From the NCBI RefSeq assembly GCF_001194135.2, contig NC_068985.1:122419787-122462922 (forward strand): a stretch of DNA of 43,136 nucleotides, in the 5' to 3' direction. The DNA comes from Octopus bimaculoides. Lineage: Eukaryota. The notes under the pieces were generated by a model that had not been told where the DNA came from, searched no databases, and was given only the letters and a program-made list of their open reading frames with translations. Each line of letters starts with the position of its first letter. Position 1 is the first letter of the stretch. Position numbers and translations under genes: made by a program. Of the stretch, positions 11,501 to 25,269 are shown one piece after another.

Positions 11501-14200
11501 GAGCTCCCCTAGACTGGAAGCCGTTGATTAAGAGTAGTGTAGGCAGAATAGATGTGCACTAGGAGAGCACAGAAGAATAAACCATGGCAAAACAGTTGTA
11601 TGAACAATTGAAAAAAATACAATGCAAGTATGTACAAGGAAAAATGTTCATTAAAGAGAGGTGTGCAATCAAATAGAACAAAGCATATATGTACAATGAT
11701 ACAGAAAGAGAAAATATGAATGCGGTGTCTATAACAGTATAAGTCTATTCTCCAGAACAGTCACTGGTGAGGCAAAGTTAAGAAATGTAAATAGTCTGAG
11801 ACAATTTCTTCGGCCAATGAACTGATCTGCCAGAAAATGTCCTGTAAGGTGAAGAATGCATTTGTATAGTTGGTGTTTTGGTGAGTGGAGGTGGTGCTTG
11901 TGGAATGATGGGTGTATCAGCAAGTGGCATAAATGTTTCAGAAAATGCTTTTTTTATTCTGTCGACTGAGACAGTCTCTTTTTCCGTGAATGTTCACGAT
12001 GAACAGTTTCGGTGTGCTTCTAAGAATGTGATAGGGTCCAGTGTATCATTTCATACAAACACGGGAGTCCAAGTAAAAATATCCAGAGGTACTGTAGAAG
12101 AAATAGACTGATCACGAGGAAGCATTGGTAGCAGGTCAGCAAAGAATGACCCGAGTCACGTGATGTAAGATGTGGGGTCAGCATTTGGTAAGTTGATGGG
12201 TGCCAACATTGTCCAGGAAGTGCTAAGGTGGAGCCATACAGGAGCTCAGTGGAGGAGTAGCCTAAATCTTCCTTGACAGCTGAGTGGCACCCCAGCAGAA
12301 CAATGGGAAGAAACTCGGACCAATGAGGAGCCGTGCGAATAGCGGCTTTAAGCTGGCAGTGGAATCGTTCCACCATACTGTTTGTGGTGGGATGGTAATT
12401 GTGGTGTGGATGTGCTGAACTCCGAGCAGTCTTGAAAGCTCATGGAACAGACAAGCTTCAAATTGGCGTCCATGATCAGTAGTAATTTTGGAGGGTACTC
12501 CAAACTAAGATCTCCACCCAGAGGCGAGTGCTCTGGCAACTGTTTCCATGGAAATGTCCACGAGAGGGATGGCTTCAGGCCATCAGGAGAAGCAGTCGAT
12601 GCAGGTCAATGTATAAGTAAATCCGCAGCTGACTGGTCAAGGACCAACCAGGTCGATGTATATGTGATGGAACCTGGTGTCCGGTGGCTGGAAGTGTCCA
12701 AGAGGTGTTCTCACATGACGATGCACTTTGGAACGCTGGCATGGTAGACAGGCACATGACCAAGCAGTAATAGACCGATGCATATTCAGCCAGAAAAAGC
12801 AGGCCGAGATAAGCTTTACTGTGGCTGCAATGCTGGGGTGTGACAATGAATGCAGTGCTTCAGAAACAGCATGATGGTGACATTCAGGAACAAGGGGTTG
12901 GGGTGACCTGGTAGAAATATCGCAGAGAATAGTTCCTTCAGAAAAAGGCAGAGGCAGGTTTTCAAACTTGCAGCAGGAAAACTGTGGTGAAGAGATGTCC
13001 AGAGAATCCAAGAAGAGTTGGTTAGTAGCCATAGCAACCAAATCAATCGAAGCAGGAGACAACAATGCACCGATAGGCAGGCAAGATAAGGCGTCTGCGG
13101 GGATGTTGTCAGTGCCAGCAATGTGGCGAATGTCACTAGTGAAATGTGATATGTAGTCTAAATATCTTGTTTCTCTGGGTGAGTTCTGGTCCATTTTGGC
13201 AAAGAGAGCGAACATTAGCGGTTTGTGGTCGGTGAAAATCGTGAAATCACTACCTTCAAGATGATGAGAGAAATGCTTCACCACCAGGTAAATTGCCAAT
13301 AGTTCTTTACCAAACATACTGTATCTCAATTTGGCATTTTTCAACTGGCGCGAAAAAAGGCTAATGGCTGACTTCGGCTGTTGACAGATTGCTGTAAAAC
13401 TGCGGCAATAGCGGATGATGACGCGTCGACAGTGAATGTCAATTTTGCATCCGCAATAGGATGAGCGAGGAAGGATGCTTGGGCAAGGTCAGCTTTGACA
13501 GATGCAAAGGCTTGGATGGCTGTAGGAGACAGCGTTATCGGGGAGTCTTTTTTCCGTTGATCTTTCAAGAGCTGGGTGAAGGGAAGCAACTTCTCTGCAC
13601 AGTTAGGAATGAAACAACAACAATAATTAATCAAACCAATAAAATTCCTGAGCTGTTTTAAGGAACCAGGAGGAGACAAGCGTTTGATGGCTTCCACTTT
13701 AGAGGGAAGCGGATGAACACCGTCGGCGTCAATGAGATGCCCCAAGAATTCCAAGCTGGCAGAGCCGAATACACGCTTAGCTGGATTGAACTTCACATCA
13801 TAGGAACGTAGGCGCTTGAACAGTTGGGTTAAGTGTTGGAGGTGCTGGTCTAGAGTACCAGCAAAATGAAGCAAAAGGTGTGTGTCCATGCGAGAAAGAA
13901 CGACATCCGGTTCTCTCTTCAGAATGATTCCATAAAAACGAATGATACCGGCACAAGCGTGCAACTTGACAGGTCAGTTCTGCAATGGCCCGCAAGATTT
14001 CAGAGGATTGCATGTTGTCTGAAGCAGAGAGGAGGACAAAGAAGTGCATTGAGGCAAAGGAAAAGGACTCATCAGACGAAAATAGGAAACAGAACGCCAT
14101 GAAGAACAAGCTGGTTGAAAGAAATGCCGTTAGAAATAGTAGTCAAACACCCTAGTTGAAAGAAGACACGATGAGTAGCGAACTAGGAATTTTTTTTTTA
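11236..14200 (-). mobile_element. Ty3/Gypsy LTR retrotransposon, 5'-truncated, internally deleted and frameshifted
   Basis: RT tail (LEFLGH…LRNFIGLINY), RNase H (DAS…KELLAI…TDHKPL…DALS) and integrase (H…HP…C..C, IDLVGP, VERFH) occur in RT-RH-INT order. Gag-like remnant at about 13900-14100. Protease and the YxDD region are missing. No 5' LTR was seen. Confidence 0.93.
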
Positions 14201-14779
14201 GTTGAAGAGGATGAAAATAGGAGATGTCCTTACTAATATATAATCTGGGTGGTTGAGAGAAAGAAATTCATACCTGGCACATAGGAAAAATTTGTTGTCC
14301 ATGTGAATTCTGGAGAAAATTCTGGATAATTTTTTTTTCCTTTTTACATGCAAGAAAAATATTCCTCAGGGACGCTGTGTTTTCCAAGGACCAAGTTGTA
14401 AATTCAGTTACAACACAAGGAAAAATGATTTGCAGTTTCCTGCTTGAAAATGGCTCCAAAATTTTCTGGTGAAGAAGACAATATGGCAATGAGAGACATC
14501 AGTGGTATGTTTCTATGTGATGAGTGGTTGTGTAGAATTCATCCGGGATTCACCATTTTAGAAGGAGTTGTGGTGTATGCTGTGTCGTGTCACCATTTTA
14601 GATGTCTGTGTTCCATGTCAAGTTACCATTTCAGATGGATCCACAACCATGATACCAACACCATCTAAACATGACTCTCTTCAGAAGGCTGTAATATCAT
14701 TTGACAGGAACACAGTCTAACAGACTTACCCGTCCCCAGAATGGCTAGCCTTGTACCAAAGTTTGAAATTAATATTATA

Positions 14780-14950
14780 AAATGGCAAGCAAAATGCTTA
14801 GCGGCACTTTGCCTGTATTTATGTTTTGAGTATAAATTCTGCTGAGGTCGACTTTGCTTTTCATCCTTTTGAAGTCAATAAATTAAGTACCAGTTGAACA
14901 ATGAGATTAATGTAATCAACTTACCCCTCCCCTAAAATTTCTGGTCTTGT
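14780..14950 (+). mobile_element. Degraded tRNA-derived SINE (family of 3815-4440)
   Basis: AAATGCTTAGCGG…GAGGTCGACTTTGCTTTTCATCC…AAATTAAGTACCAGT. Confidence 0.75.
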
Positions 14951-15124
14951 GCCAAAATATGAAACCAATATTTAATAATAATTTATTTTTAACAAGAATA
15001 TTAATTTTATTATGATGAAAGGATTCACCGAAAAAAACAAATTAAATGTTGTACATAATTTTCATTCAAAGAAATGAAACTACAAGAGTAACAGCATAAT
15101 TCTGTTAATTACTGTAACTATTGA

Positions 15125-15512
15125 GGAGGCGCAATGGCCCAGTGGTTAGGACAGTGAACTTGTGGTCATAAGATCGCGGTTTTGATTCCCAGACCGGGCA
15201 TTGTGAGTGTTTATTGAGCGAAAACACCTAAAGCTCCATGAGGCTCCGGCAGGGGATGGTGGCGAACCCCGCTGTACTCTTCCACCACAACTTTCTCTCA
15301 CTCTTTCTTCCTGTTTCTGTTGTGCCTGTAATTCAAAGGGTCAGCCTTGTCACACTGTGTCACGCTGGATATCCCCGAGAACTACGTTAAGGGTACACGT
15401 GTCTGTGGAGTGCTCAGCCACTTGCACGTTAATTTCACGAGCAGGCTGTTCCGTTGATCGGATCAACTGGAACCCTTGATGTCGTAAGCGACGGAGTGCC
15501 AACAACAACAAC
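15125..15512 (+). mobile_element. tRNA-derived SINE with (CAA)n tail
   Basis: A-box TGGCCCAGTGG, B-box-like GGTTTTGATTCC, 3' region shared with 1480-1610, ends CAACAACAAC. Confidence 0.8.
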
Positions 15513-17164
15513 TGTAACTATTATTTATGGTATTTATATGAAATATGATGTATTTTGTTTAGTCTAAATTCTGATTCTTTTTTGTCTGTGACTTTTTCCA
15601 TTCACCATTTCAAAAATGTGTCAAATTCCTTCAGTATTTTATGGAAAAGCTCTGATGGACATTGAGTCATTCATTTATTGTCTGAGAGTCTTAAAGTGCC
15701 ACGTCATAAACAGCATGCTTGTTCCATTCTGTGTAGATTTGGGAATAGTAAATCAATAAAAACAGCAAAGTTTCCATTCTTTACAATGTTTGATTGTCAA
15801 TATACATTGTTCATAACAAGTTTAGGCATTGATAAGTCCCCTCATAACAAGTCATTAATTTTTTTGTTTCTGCTTCCAATGAATTTACATCAATCTATTT
15901 TATGCTTTCATCACTTTAAATATATTTTTGTCAGTTATTGCATCTAACAACAAAATCAGCAGATTTCATTCATGATAGTAAATAACATTTCTGAATTCTT
16001 CAAAAATTAAATAATATTTATTAAGTAATAAATTTTAAACTGAACCCATGAAAAAATTTGTAAATCTAATCAAGTTCAATAGACTAAGTTAAAGAGCTTT
16101 TTAAAAAATCAAATCAAGTGATAAAATAAACACGAACGAACATTCTGAGATCTCAGTTGTTTTTTAAATGAATGGGTATTTGTTTATTTGGTGGCCAGTG
16201 GAAAAATTATTTCAAACAATTTTTTTTGGTATTCCTATAGAACAGAATTGGAAATTATCTAGTGTGTCAAAGACTGTAAATTTTGGGGTGTATATGCTTT
16301 TGAGCTTAGATTACAATCCTGGAGGGGTGTATATGCTTTTGAGCTTAGATTACAATCCTGGAAAAAAAAAGCAACAAAAAGCTGAGGGGGTGTGAAACTC
16401 CCCCAAATTTACCTCCCCCCACTGTAATTTTTCAGCTTTGAACTTTTTCAAAATGTGTTTTTTCAGATTTATTTATTTTTTTTAAAACATATTTTTTTTT
16501 AGTTTAGCATTTATGTTTCAAAGTTTGAAAAGTTTTGAATTGAGAAATTCAACTATGTATAATTTATGTGTATTTTTGCACATCTACTTAATGTATCAAT
16601 TTTGAAAAATGTAAGAAAAAAAATTCAGTCAGTAAATTTTGAATATCTGATAATACATGTCATTTATTTTTTAATGAAACTAAATTGTTACTGTATAAGT
16701 TGTGAGATATTAACATGAATTTTTTTTAAAACTTGAATCCTTGGTTTTTAACTAGTAAAATTGTTTGAAAGCAATAGGTTATTAGTAATTTTATAATCCA
16801 AAAACTGACAGAGTTAAGTAATGGCTAAATCAAATAAATGAATGCTTTCATTTTGTAAAATGAAAGGATACCTTATATTTTTACATAATCATAATCTCTG
16901 TTTAAAAAGATGTAAATCTGGGACCCCTCTCACCGTAAAAAATTCTGACAAATAAAAATGATAAAATATGGAAAGGGAGAGTAAGGGAGCCCCTCCCTCT
17001 CAGGAAGAACCCTAAATTTGAATTTTGTTTCTGAAGAATCATAATCTTAGATACTTGAAACATGAATCTGAAAACTAGTCCTGAAAATTAGTCAAAACTG
17101 GAAAATTATGGAAATGGTTGGGTTACTCCCATTGTTTTTATTATCACAATTTTGAACACACTTG

Positions 17165-17575
17165 ACAAAATGCTTAGTGGCATTTCTTCTAGCTTTACAA
17201 TCTGAGTTCTAATTCCACTTTTGGCATAGATGAAATAAGTACCTGTTGCAAACTGGGTTTGATGTAATCAACAAGTCCTCCCCCAACAAAATTTCAGGCA
17301 TTGTGCCTATAGTAGAATTATTATTATTATTGTTGTTATTATTATCACTATTATAAGGCAACAAGCTGGCAGAGTTGTTAGCACAACTGGTGAAATGCTT
17401 AGCAGCATATCATCCATCTTTACGTTCTGAGTTCAAATTCCAACGAGGTTGACTTTGCTTTTCATCTTTCCAGGATCAATAAATTAAGTGCCAGTGAAAC
17501 ACTGGGGTTGATGTAATTGATTAGTCCCCTCTTCTCAAATTTCAGGCTTTCTGCCTATAGTAGAAAGGATTATAA
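17165..17575 (+). mobile_element. Two adjacent degraded SINE copies (family of 3815-4440)
   Basis: AGGCAACAAGCTGGCAGAGTTGTTAGCAC…TTCTGAGTTCAAATTCC…TAGTAGAAAGGATTAT. Confidence 0.8.
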
Positions 17576-20500
17576 TTGAGAAAGCAGTGCATACTATCAA
17601 AGTGACACTGGGATAAAATATACGAAGCCCTATATACCCATCATGACTACTTGTCTCATAAGGGTACACCAGGCACATGCATCACAACCATACGTGTGCA
17701 ACATGGTGGTCTCATATCAAGATATGACTTTGCAGGTGGGGCCCAGTTAGAATTTTCTTCAGGTTGAGTAGCCCATGCCGCTCAAAAGGTCCTTGAATAA
17801 GGGTTGTTTAAGGATGTTGAATGAAACACCCATGAATTATCCAAACCCCAAAGTATTCCTCTCAACACATGGCTATGATGCTTCCCACTACTTCTGCTCG
17901 TGATCAGAGATGCACATATCGTCAGCCACTAAGGGACATGCTCAACTGGTTAAGGTCTAACAACTGACTTGCCGATCAGTTGTTAGGCCATCTTTTATAC
18001 CAAGACAAAACAATGTACATGATAATAGTTAAGAGCAGAAGCCATGAGAGCCATTGCCTGGTACTGCATCAGGGCAACTGCCACTGTCGCCAGCAGCAGA
18101 AGCAGCAGAATAGTCAAAATCTAAGTAGAAGTTTTAAAAAATGATGGTTTTCGGCACCCTGGATAATTTTCAACTCTATAGGCATGCCCAGAATTCCTTT
18201 TTCATTTATAGAAACATGGGTATTCCTTTCATTTGTTCACAAATTGAAAGTGGAAAATTGTAAGCAACAGGCATTGGAATTTTGAAAACTATTTTTCAAA
18301 AAGAGTAAACACAAAATTAAAACATCGAAAACATGATTTCCTTTTATCCCCCCACCTCGGTTTAAAAAAAAAANNNNNNNNNNTAATCTTAGTTGTTGAA
18401 AATATAGGAAGTGGGTGAGTGGATGGTTAAAAAAGTGTGCATGTGTGGGGGAGTGGGGTACTGTTCTGATCTGCCAGGTCATAGGTAAACTGTCGATATT
18501 TCCACTTTCAATTTGTGATCACAAACTGAGGGATTGCAAAAATGTTTTATTACGGTAATATAAGAGAAATTATTCAGTATTTTCCAAAGGCAGGAGGTTA
18601 AATAACAGCAAATAAAACTAGTCTTGATCAAATGCAGGTGAATGAGCAAATCTCAGCAACTAGTTCACAGAGGGACTGGAATTTTGCTCAGTGTTTTTTG
18701 TGAATGTGATCTGGTCACAGGAGTAACAAAATGTCGTGATTGACAGTATAACGCTTATTTGAACAAACTTCATTAATAGATGCACTTTAACAAACTTTTG
18801 ACAAGGTATTGGTATTGTGCTGAGGAACTCATAAAAAAAATGAGTCTATCACTTTCCTGAAGGCTCGCACAAAGCAAGCCAGCTGAAAACCTTCTGTGAA
18901 TGTAATTACAGCAAACTATGTGGTACTGGTTCAATAAATACTTAAATAGATGAGCAGTGATGAATATTGGTATTTTCAGTGAATGCATGACAAACTGGGT
19001 TCAACATTATCAAGAATGATTTGATATGATTAGATCAATGAATGCAATACCTATTGGTCTCCAAATGCATAGTCTTTTATATTTCAAATTGATCATGAGC
19101 TTATGCATGGAGAGAAGAAACACAACCAATGAAAAGTTCTTAGAGAACAAATATTCATAGAAGGTTACCAGTTGATCAGTTAAATTGAATGCAAATGTGA
19201 CATCATTGTTGACTATCATCATAACTATGTACAGCAGAGTGTTCGTCCATTGCAGCCTATCTTGCATGTCAAACAGGTCATTAGCTTGCTGCCAATAATT
19301 CAACAAGATGTTACATTTGGTAATATAGTTTAGTCAGTTTGTCACATAAATAGACTGTGCATAGTAGAATTGGGTGAAATTGATGGATTTCAGCATTTAC
19401 TTTCAAACACAGAAATTGATACTTTGATTACAATCCACATTCACAACATTGGCCAAAAATAGAAGACAATAAATACAAGATTGATGAAGGAAACAAAGCA
19501 GAATTTGCTTGAAAACCACCTTATATAATTCATATCCAAATTAATAAAAACCACCTTAACTTGATCTAATATAAGTAGTCAAATTTCCCCCAAACCACGC
19601 CATACCATCTCACATTAAAAAAGTGTCATTTGGGACAATGTAGTAAATATGTATAAAAACATACAGTGATTAGTACAACTGTACAGTTTAGAGTAGACAT
19701 GATGCTCGAATCCCCACAGCAATATGGGATTCAGTACTGTTTTTTGTCTTATTTATACTATGAAATATATAACACTATACTTTGAATACTGTGTGAACTC
19801 AGATGCCTGTGGATAGATTGCTAGCTTGTCATTATAGCTACTTAATGTAAGTCCTAATTGTAACAGCCACAGACAATTTTATGATTTTTTTGTCTTATTC
19901 ATCTATGTTATTAAATATCTATCTATATTGGTGTGTATGCATGTGTGTGTGTGTATAGTTTTTGCATTTGTTTTACAAGATTCTTAGTGTGAAATCATGC
20001 TGAAACAGATGTACCTTATGGAGAATAATTTTGTCATTAAAACACAGGCATTGGTTTTATTTTACTTTTTATCATTATTTTTTTTTAATCACTCAGTTAA
20101 ACATTTGGTTGACTAATTTCTTGGTCAATCAACCAGACAGTTTGCCAGAATCCTTTTATCACCATTTGTGATGTCTACACTGCTGTGTCCTTGTTACTGT
20201 ATGTCTATTGTGCATACATACATACATACACATAACATAAACACTACTCAGAGGGAAGAAAGAAACAAAACCTGTTTTAACTCTAAATAAAAAAAAAACA
20301 CATTAAAATCAAATTTTCTTGTGAATTTTTCTGTAAGTTTTTTCCTGTGATTTTTTCCATGCATGATCCAAAATTTTGATGCTTTAGGGGAAAAAATTGA
20401 AGAGCATCAACACTGTATACATTGTTATATATACTATAAGATGCACTTATCTATCTACTTACAGCTCTAGTATATCATCAACATTACCATTTACCAGCAT

Positions 20501-20634
20501 CAAACGAGTAAGTACATCTTGATTTTCATATTTTACATCAAGAATAGATTGCTGGCATTTAGACCAACATCACCCTTGATTAGGCAGACACATGGTTGAA
20601 GAAATTCTTCCATAATCATTCTCTCTTTTTTTAG

Positions 20635-20790
20635 GGAGAATTTATCTTGGGACTACATTATCTGTTGTATCCTTCAGACCTTAAATCTGAAACAGAAATT
20701 TTTCAGAGTACTTGGCAGTCTGATTCAATAAAATTTAATACAATTTACAATACATATCAACAGTTAGCCACCACCAAGCAAGCTTGCTTG
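20635..20790 (+). CDS. nanos: nanos candidate exon 3
   Basis: Acceptor CTCTCTTTTTTTAG|G and donor TTG|GTGAGG. 156 nt, open (GEFILGLHYLLYPSDLKSE…TKQACL), phase 0-0. Confidence 0.55.
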
Positions 20791-21296
20791 GTGAGGAAAG
20801 TTGTTAAAAACCAGCAGGAACCCCCTACCCAGTATCTGCCAAAATACTAATAAATCCAGTGTAAGGTCATTGACTGTCTAGCAATAGCACAGGAACTTAG
20901 GAATTCTGGATTTGTGTTTGCCATGTTGTAAGATCACTGGGAGTAAGGTACACCATAGTTTTTGTTTTAGCATGTATCTAGAAGGCACTACTGTGTTGGC
21001 AGTACAAAACTGGCAGTACAACTAGGTAAGCTGTCTGGGTTCAGCAGTCCTGGAAAGCAGCCAGACTAGGAAAAGGATTACACCAAGCTTAAAACTCTGA
21101 GTGCCTGTGACTGAGGGAGTTAACCCCAAGAATAAATTGGGTTGGAAGAGAACTTATGACCTAAAGATGCAATGAAATGCCAGTTGTGTCTGAGACTCCC
21201 AATCCTCAGCCATGAGAATGGGAATATTCATTCAGTAATTCATTATTGACAAAATTCTTGGGTTCAGTTAGGATTTAAAGTTAGAGTTGAGTTTAA

Positions 21297-21547
21297 CCCT
21301 TTAACATTTAAACCAGCCATACCTAGCCTAAATATTCTACCTGTTTTATGTTCAAACTGGTCAGATCTGGCCTCTCACATCTACCTTACAATGTCAAACT
21401 GAAAGTTAACAATCACATCATTGAAATCTTGAGATAAAGCATGATTCAGACTCACCCAACAAAAGCTATGAGATAAAGCATGATTCATTCGAAACAGTTT
21501 GACTAAGTATGTATTACATTTGACAGAGTAATCTGAACACTAAAGGG
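21297..21547. mobile_element. MITE with TTAA-CCC…GGG-T(C)AA ends (piggyBac-like)
   Basis: TTAA|CCCTTTAAC at 21293 and CTAAAGGG|TCAA at 21540-21551; the right TSD has one mismatch. Confidence 0.45.
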
Positions 21548-21639
21548 TCAAAGTTTGGTTCAGCTTAAGGTTGCTCATAAGTGGAATGCTTTTGTTGATA
21601 GAAATAGAAAAAAAATCTGATAACCCCAAAAAGCAGGAA

Positions 21640-22900
21640 AGGGTGTAACTATCTCTTCTCAGTGTTATTCCTCGATTCAAAAAGGATAATGGCATATCAC
21701 CTGTCAATTACCATTCACGCCGGTCTCACTTAATGTATTGTCAAACTGACGGGAGTCTTATGTCAGAGACTCTGGAACTTCTGGACTTCTTATAACCTTA
21801 TTTAACCCTCACGGTTTTGTTTTTCATCAGCAACTCCAGCTACTCTAGCCATTTCGTCAAATTTCTTGAAGATTCCACCTGAATTACAGATAGTGGTTCA
21901 TGGATGGATGCTATCGATCTTGACTATGCCAAAGCCTAGAATCTTGTACTGCATAAATGACTCATGGTGAAGCTTTCTGCTATGGGTGTGGAGGCTAATT
22001 GGTTGATGTCCTTCATTGTCAGTCAAAGAAAAGGTAGTCATTGTACTAGGACAACATACTGCACATTCAGAAATGACATCTGGTATCCAGCTGGGATCTG
22101 TTCTAGGCTCTCTTATTTGTTGCATACAATAATGAAATATATGCCAATGATGATGATGAAGCATGTTACTGTGTTGAAATACAGACATTACACTAGCTTG
22201 CAATAAAAAGAATGGATCTTGTATGCTACAGACCTTTTCTGCAATCTGACCTGAAGTCAATGCAGCAATGGACTGCTAACTGATAGCTCAAGCTGGCTGT
22301 AGACAAGTACGCCACTGTACATTTAAGGAGAAAAAAACCCAGAATTTATCTCCTCCCTCCACATCATCAACCTTAAGAAGTCTACTGGTGAACATGACTT
22401 AAGATTTATTGTCAATAATAATCTGCATTGAATGAACCACGATTGTAAAATCAAGAAAAAGACTGAAGGTGCATGACTCATTTAGACCTTTGTCAGGCAC
22501 TCACCAGCTATTTAAAGCTCTATATGGGTTTTTCCACACCTTTGCATCTCCTGTCTGGAATCCCTATCTTGTCCAGTATATTGATCTGCTGGAACCTGTC
22601 CAGAGACATGTAACCAGACAGACACCTTCTGTCAGTCATTAAACATATCTTCTCCAGGGATCAGGCATCGATACATAAAAGTTTGCTGTCTAGTGGCTGA
22701 CTTGGTAGATGTCTACAAGATTAATGACCCTCTTTCCAACAACTTTGACCACCTTTTTGAATTCAATACATCGTACCACCCACGGACATGCTTATAAAAT
22801 CAAAACACAGTCCAGCACCCATGACTTTTGGAAACATTTTTTTCATGTTCAGAAATGTTGAAGTATGGAATAAACTCCCTACATCTATTGTTAACTGTTA
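21640..22900 (+). mobile_element. Decayed CR1/L2-group LINE RT
   Basis: Broken frames give VIP.FKK…NY, DAIDLDYAKA, SGIQLGSVLG, YANDD, LQSDL and a terminal GHAYKI…VEVWNKLP. Confidence 0.85.
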
Positions 22901-23066
22901 GGGCACTACATCCTTTAAAACTCTTAACTTTCCAGAATTCACCAACACTACTCATGACATGCCTAGTTATCCTTACTTTTTATGACACTTTTAATGTTCA
23001 CTTTAATCTTTTTCTGTGTTTTATTTTGTGTACTGTGCATGTACTTCTAGTTTTTATAGCCATCTT

Positions 23067-23721
23067 GGATCTATTTCAAAACGGGGGCACCAGCTTTCAT
23101 TTATGTTTTATGTAGTGTTTTTGGTACCGAAAGACTTTCAAACTGCGTATACTTATCTATTTTGTGTTATAGAACAGAAAAAAATTTTTGTATTCAAATT
23201 TATTTCATGTAAAAAATTGTCTTATTTTGATAATTTCTACCAATCACTGACATCTATTCAGTTGAAAACAGTTAGCGCTGTAACGGTGTGTATCGTATTA
23301 ATCCCCTAACCCTAACCCTAACCCTAACTAGACTGTTAACCCTAACCCTAAAACTAACCCTAACTCTAGAATCCGAACTCTAAAATTGTTACACACATAG
23401 ATACGCACAGCGTAATTTATTATATAAACAATATATGCGTATAAATTACGATTAAACCGGATGAAATATGTCACAGGGAATAACATTTTTATGACCGCCC
23501 AGCAGTAACTCTATTCAGCTGAATAGACGTCAGTGATTGGTTGAAATTACAGAAATACGACAACTTTAACATGGAATAACTTGCGATGTACGTTTTTTTG
23601 TTAAGAAGACTAAGAGTAAAAGATGTTTTATACGACACATTCTACCAGTGTCCCAAGTTTCAAAGTGTTTCGTTAGTGTTTCGTTAAGAAAATACTGGTG
23701 CCCCCGTTTTGAAATAGATCC
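23067..23721. mobile_element. MITE with GGATC…GATCC TIRs, 8-bp TSD and internal (TAACCC)n
   Basis: 25-bp TIR GGATCTATTTCAAAACGGGGGCACC; TSD GCCATCTT at 23059-23066 and 23722-23729. Confidence 0.9.
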
Positions 23722-23904
23722 GCCATCTTTCTTTACTTGAATTATATGCCTGTTTGTCTCCTTTTTTAACCTTTTCTGATAAGTTGAAGTGAATCTGTAT
23801 AGAATAAGCTCAGATTTGTTATGTCTAGTGAACAGGAATTTGAACATTTAAATCTACATATTTGCATAAAACTGATGTCTTGTTTGTTTTCCTCTTTTTA
23901 TCAG

Positions 23905-24143
23905 AGAGACTTGAAGTTTGAGTCCAGGCAGTATTTGTTGTCTGAAAAATTACTTGTTGATGTTGACATCAAGTTTAAGAAACGAAGCCCTTCAGAAGAG
24001 TTCAAAATAAAGAATATTTCTCAAGAGAGCTACAGTAAGCATGATGTCAGTGATGATAATGATTGCCATGATGATGGTGATAGTATAAAAAACAAAAAGA
24101 ATAACTGTCATAGTCGGGCATCGAATGAGCCACACAAATTAAG
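23905..24143 (+). CDS. nanos: nanos candidate exon 4
   Basis: Acceptor CCTCTTTTTATCAG|A and donor AG|GTAAAT. Open frame RDLKFESRQYLL…SNEPHKL; phase 0 in, phase 2 out, matching the zinc-finger exon. Confidence 0.62.
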
Positions 24144-24699
24144 GTAAATTATTTAATAAACATTTTTTCTAATTTTTTTTTTTAGTAAACCCAGGAAGAT
24201 ATAAGATATACTAGAGCTAAAATAATGAAAACATTTGATTTTATTCATCCAATTTAGTAGGATGACACAAAAATCACTTGCAATTATTTCATTCCTCTCA
24301 TGGCAATATACACTGATTTTACTCTATAATGTCCAATTTTACCTAAAGGGAACATTCTACAGAGAAATAGGCATGTTATTACCAGTAATGTTGTATATGT
24401 GAATGCAAATACATAGAGATGTAACACATCAAACAACTATTATTAATGATAACTGTATCACAGCATCGACTAGAAAATTGGATGTTGTTATTCACCACTG
24501 GTCATGATACACTTGCTTGCATTGTAGCTTTCAAATGATGCCACCCCTGCCAATTAGGTGGGGAAGCCAACATCCCCCCTGAATAGAATGCCAGTCTCAT
24601 TTACAGCTGAGTGAACTGGAGCAATGTGAAGTGAAGTATTTTGCTCAAGAACACAATGCACTGCTGGTTTGGGAATCAAAACCATGAGCTTTTAATCAT

Positions 24700-25040
24700 G
24701 AGTGCAGTTTTGAAGGGAGGGGCTTAATCGATATCAATGACTCCAACATTTGACTAGTGCTTAATTTTATTGATCTCAGAAGGATGAAAGGGAAAATTGA
24801 CCTTGGTGGATAGTGCTAGAACAAATATAAGTTCCAAATTTTGGCACAAGGCTAGAAATTTCAGGAGAGGGGCTAAATTAATTACATCAACCCCAGTGCT
24901 TGACTGGTACATATTTTATTGACTTCAAAAGGATGAAAGGTAAAGTTGACCCTGGCAGAATTTGAACTCAGAATGTAAGGGCGGACAAAATTCTACTAAG
25001 CATTTTGCCTAGTGTGCTAACTATTCTGCCAGCTTGCAGC
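24700..25040 (-). mobile_element. Two degraded SINE copies (family of 3815-4440)
   Basis: GGATGAAAGGTAAAGTTGACC…AATTTGAACTCAGAATG…TGCTAACTATTCTGCCAGCT. Confidence 0.8.
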
Positions 25041-25269
25041 CTTTAGGGCTGGAACAAATATCACAAAGCATTTTCGTCTAATGTTCCTATGGTAAATGTT
25101 CTAATGATTTGGTCAATCCACGGATGTCATTTCCTAAATTATATATCATAATGTGTGATGTTGATTGTATTAGTAATCAACACTGGTTGTAGTAACATCA
25201 CTTCCCTTGTATCTTTTTTATTCCTGGATGAACATAAACACTTATTCTATCACTGCTCTCTTGCTGCAG

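Noticed and set aside
16285-16362. Perfect 39-bp tandem duplication in nanos intron 2
   Set aside because: A simple recent slippage duplication with no supported splice sites around it.
18500-19500. Coding-like stretch (e.g. DIIVDYHHNYVQQSVRPLQPILHVKQVISLLP)
   Set aside because: Frames are short and stop-laden, no phase-compatible exon could be placed and no family was recognised.
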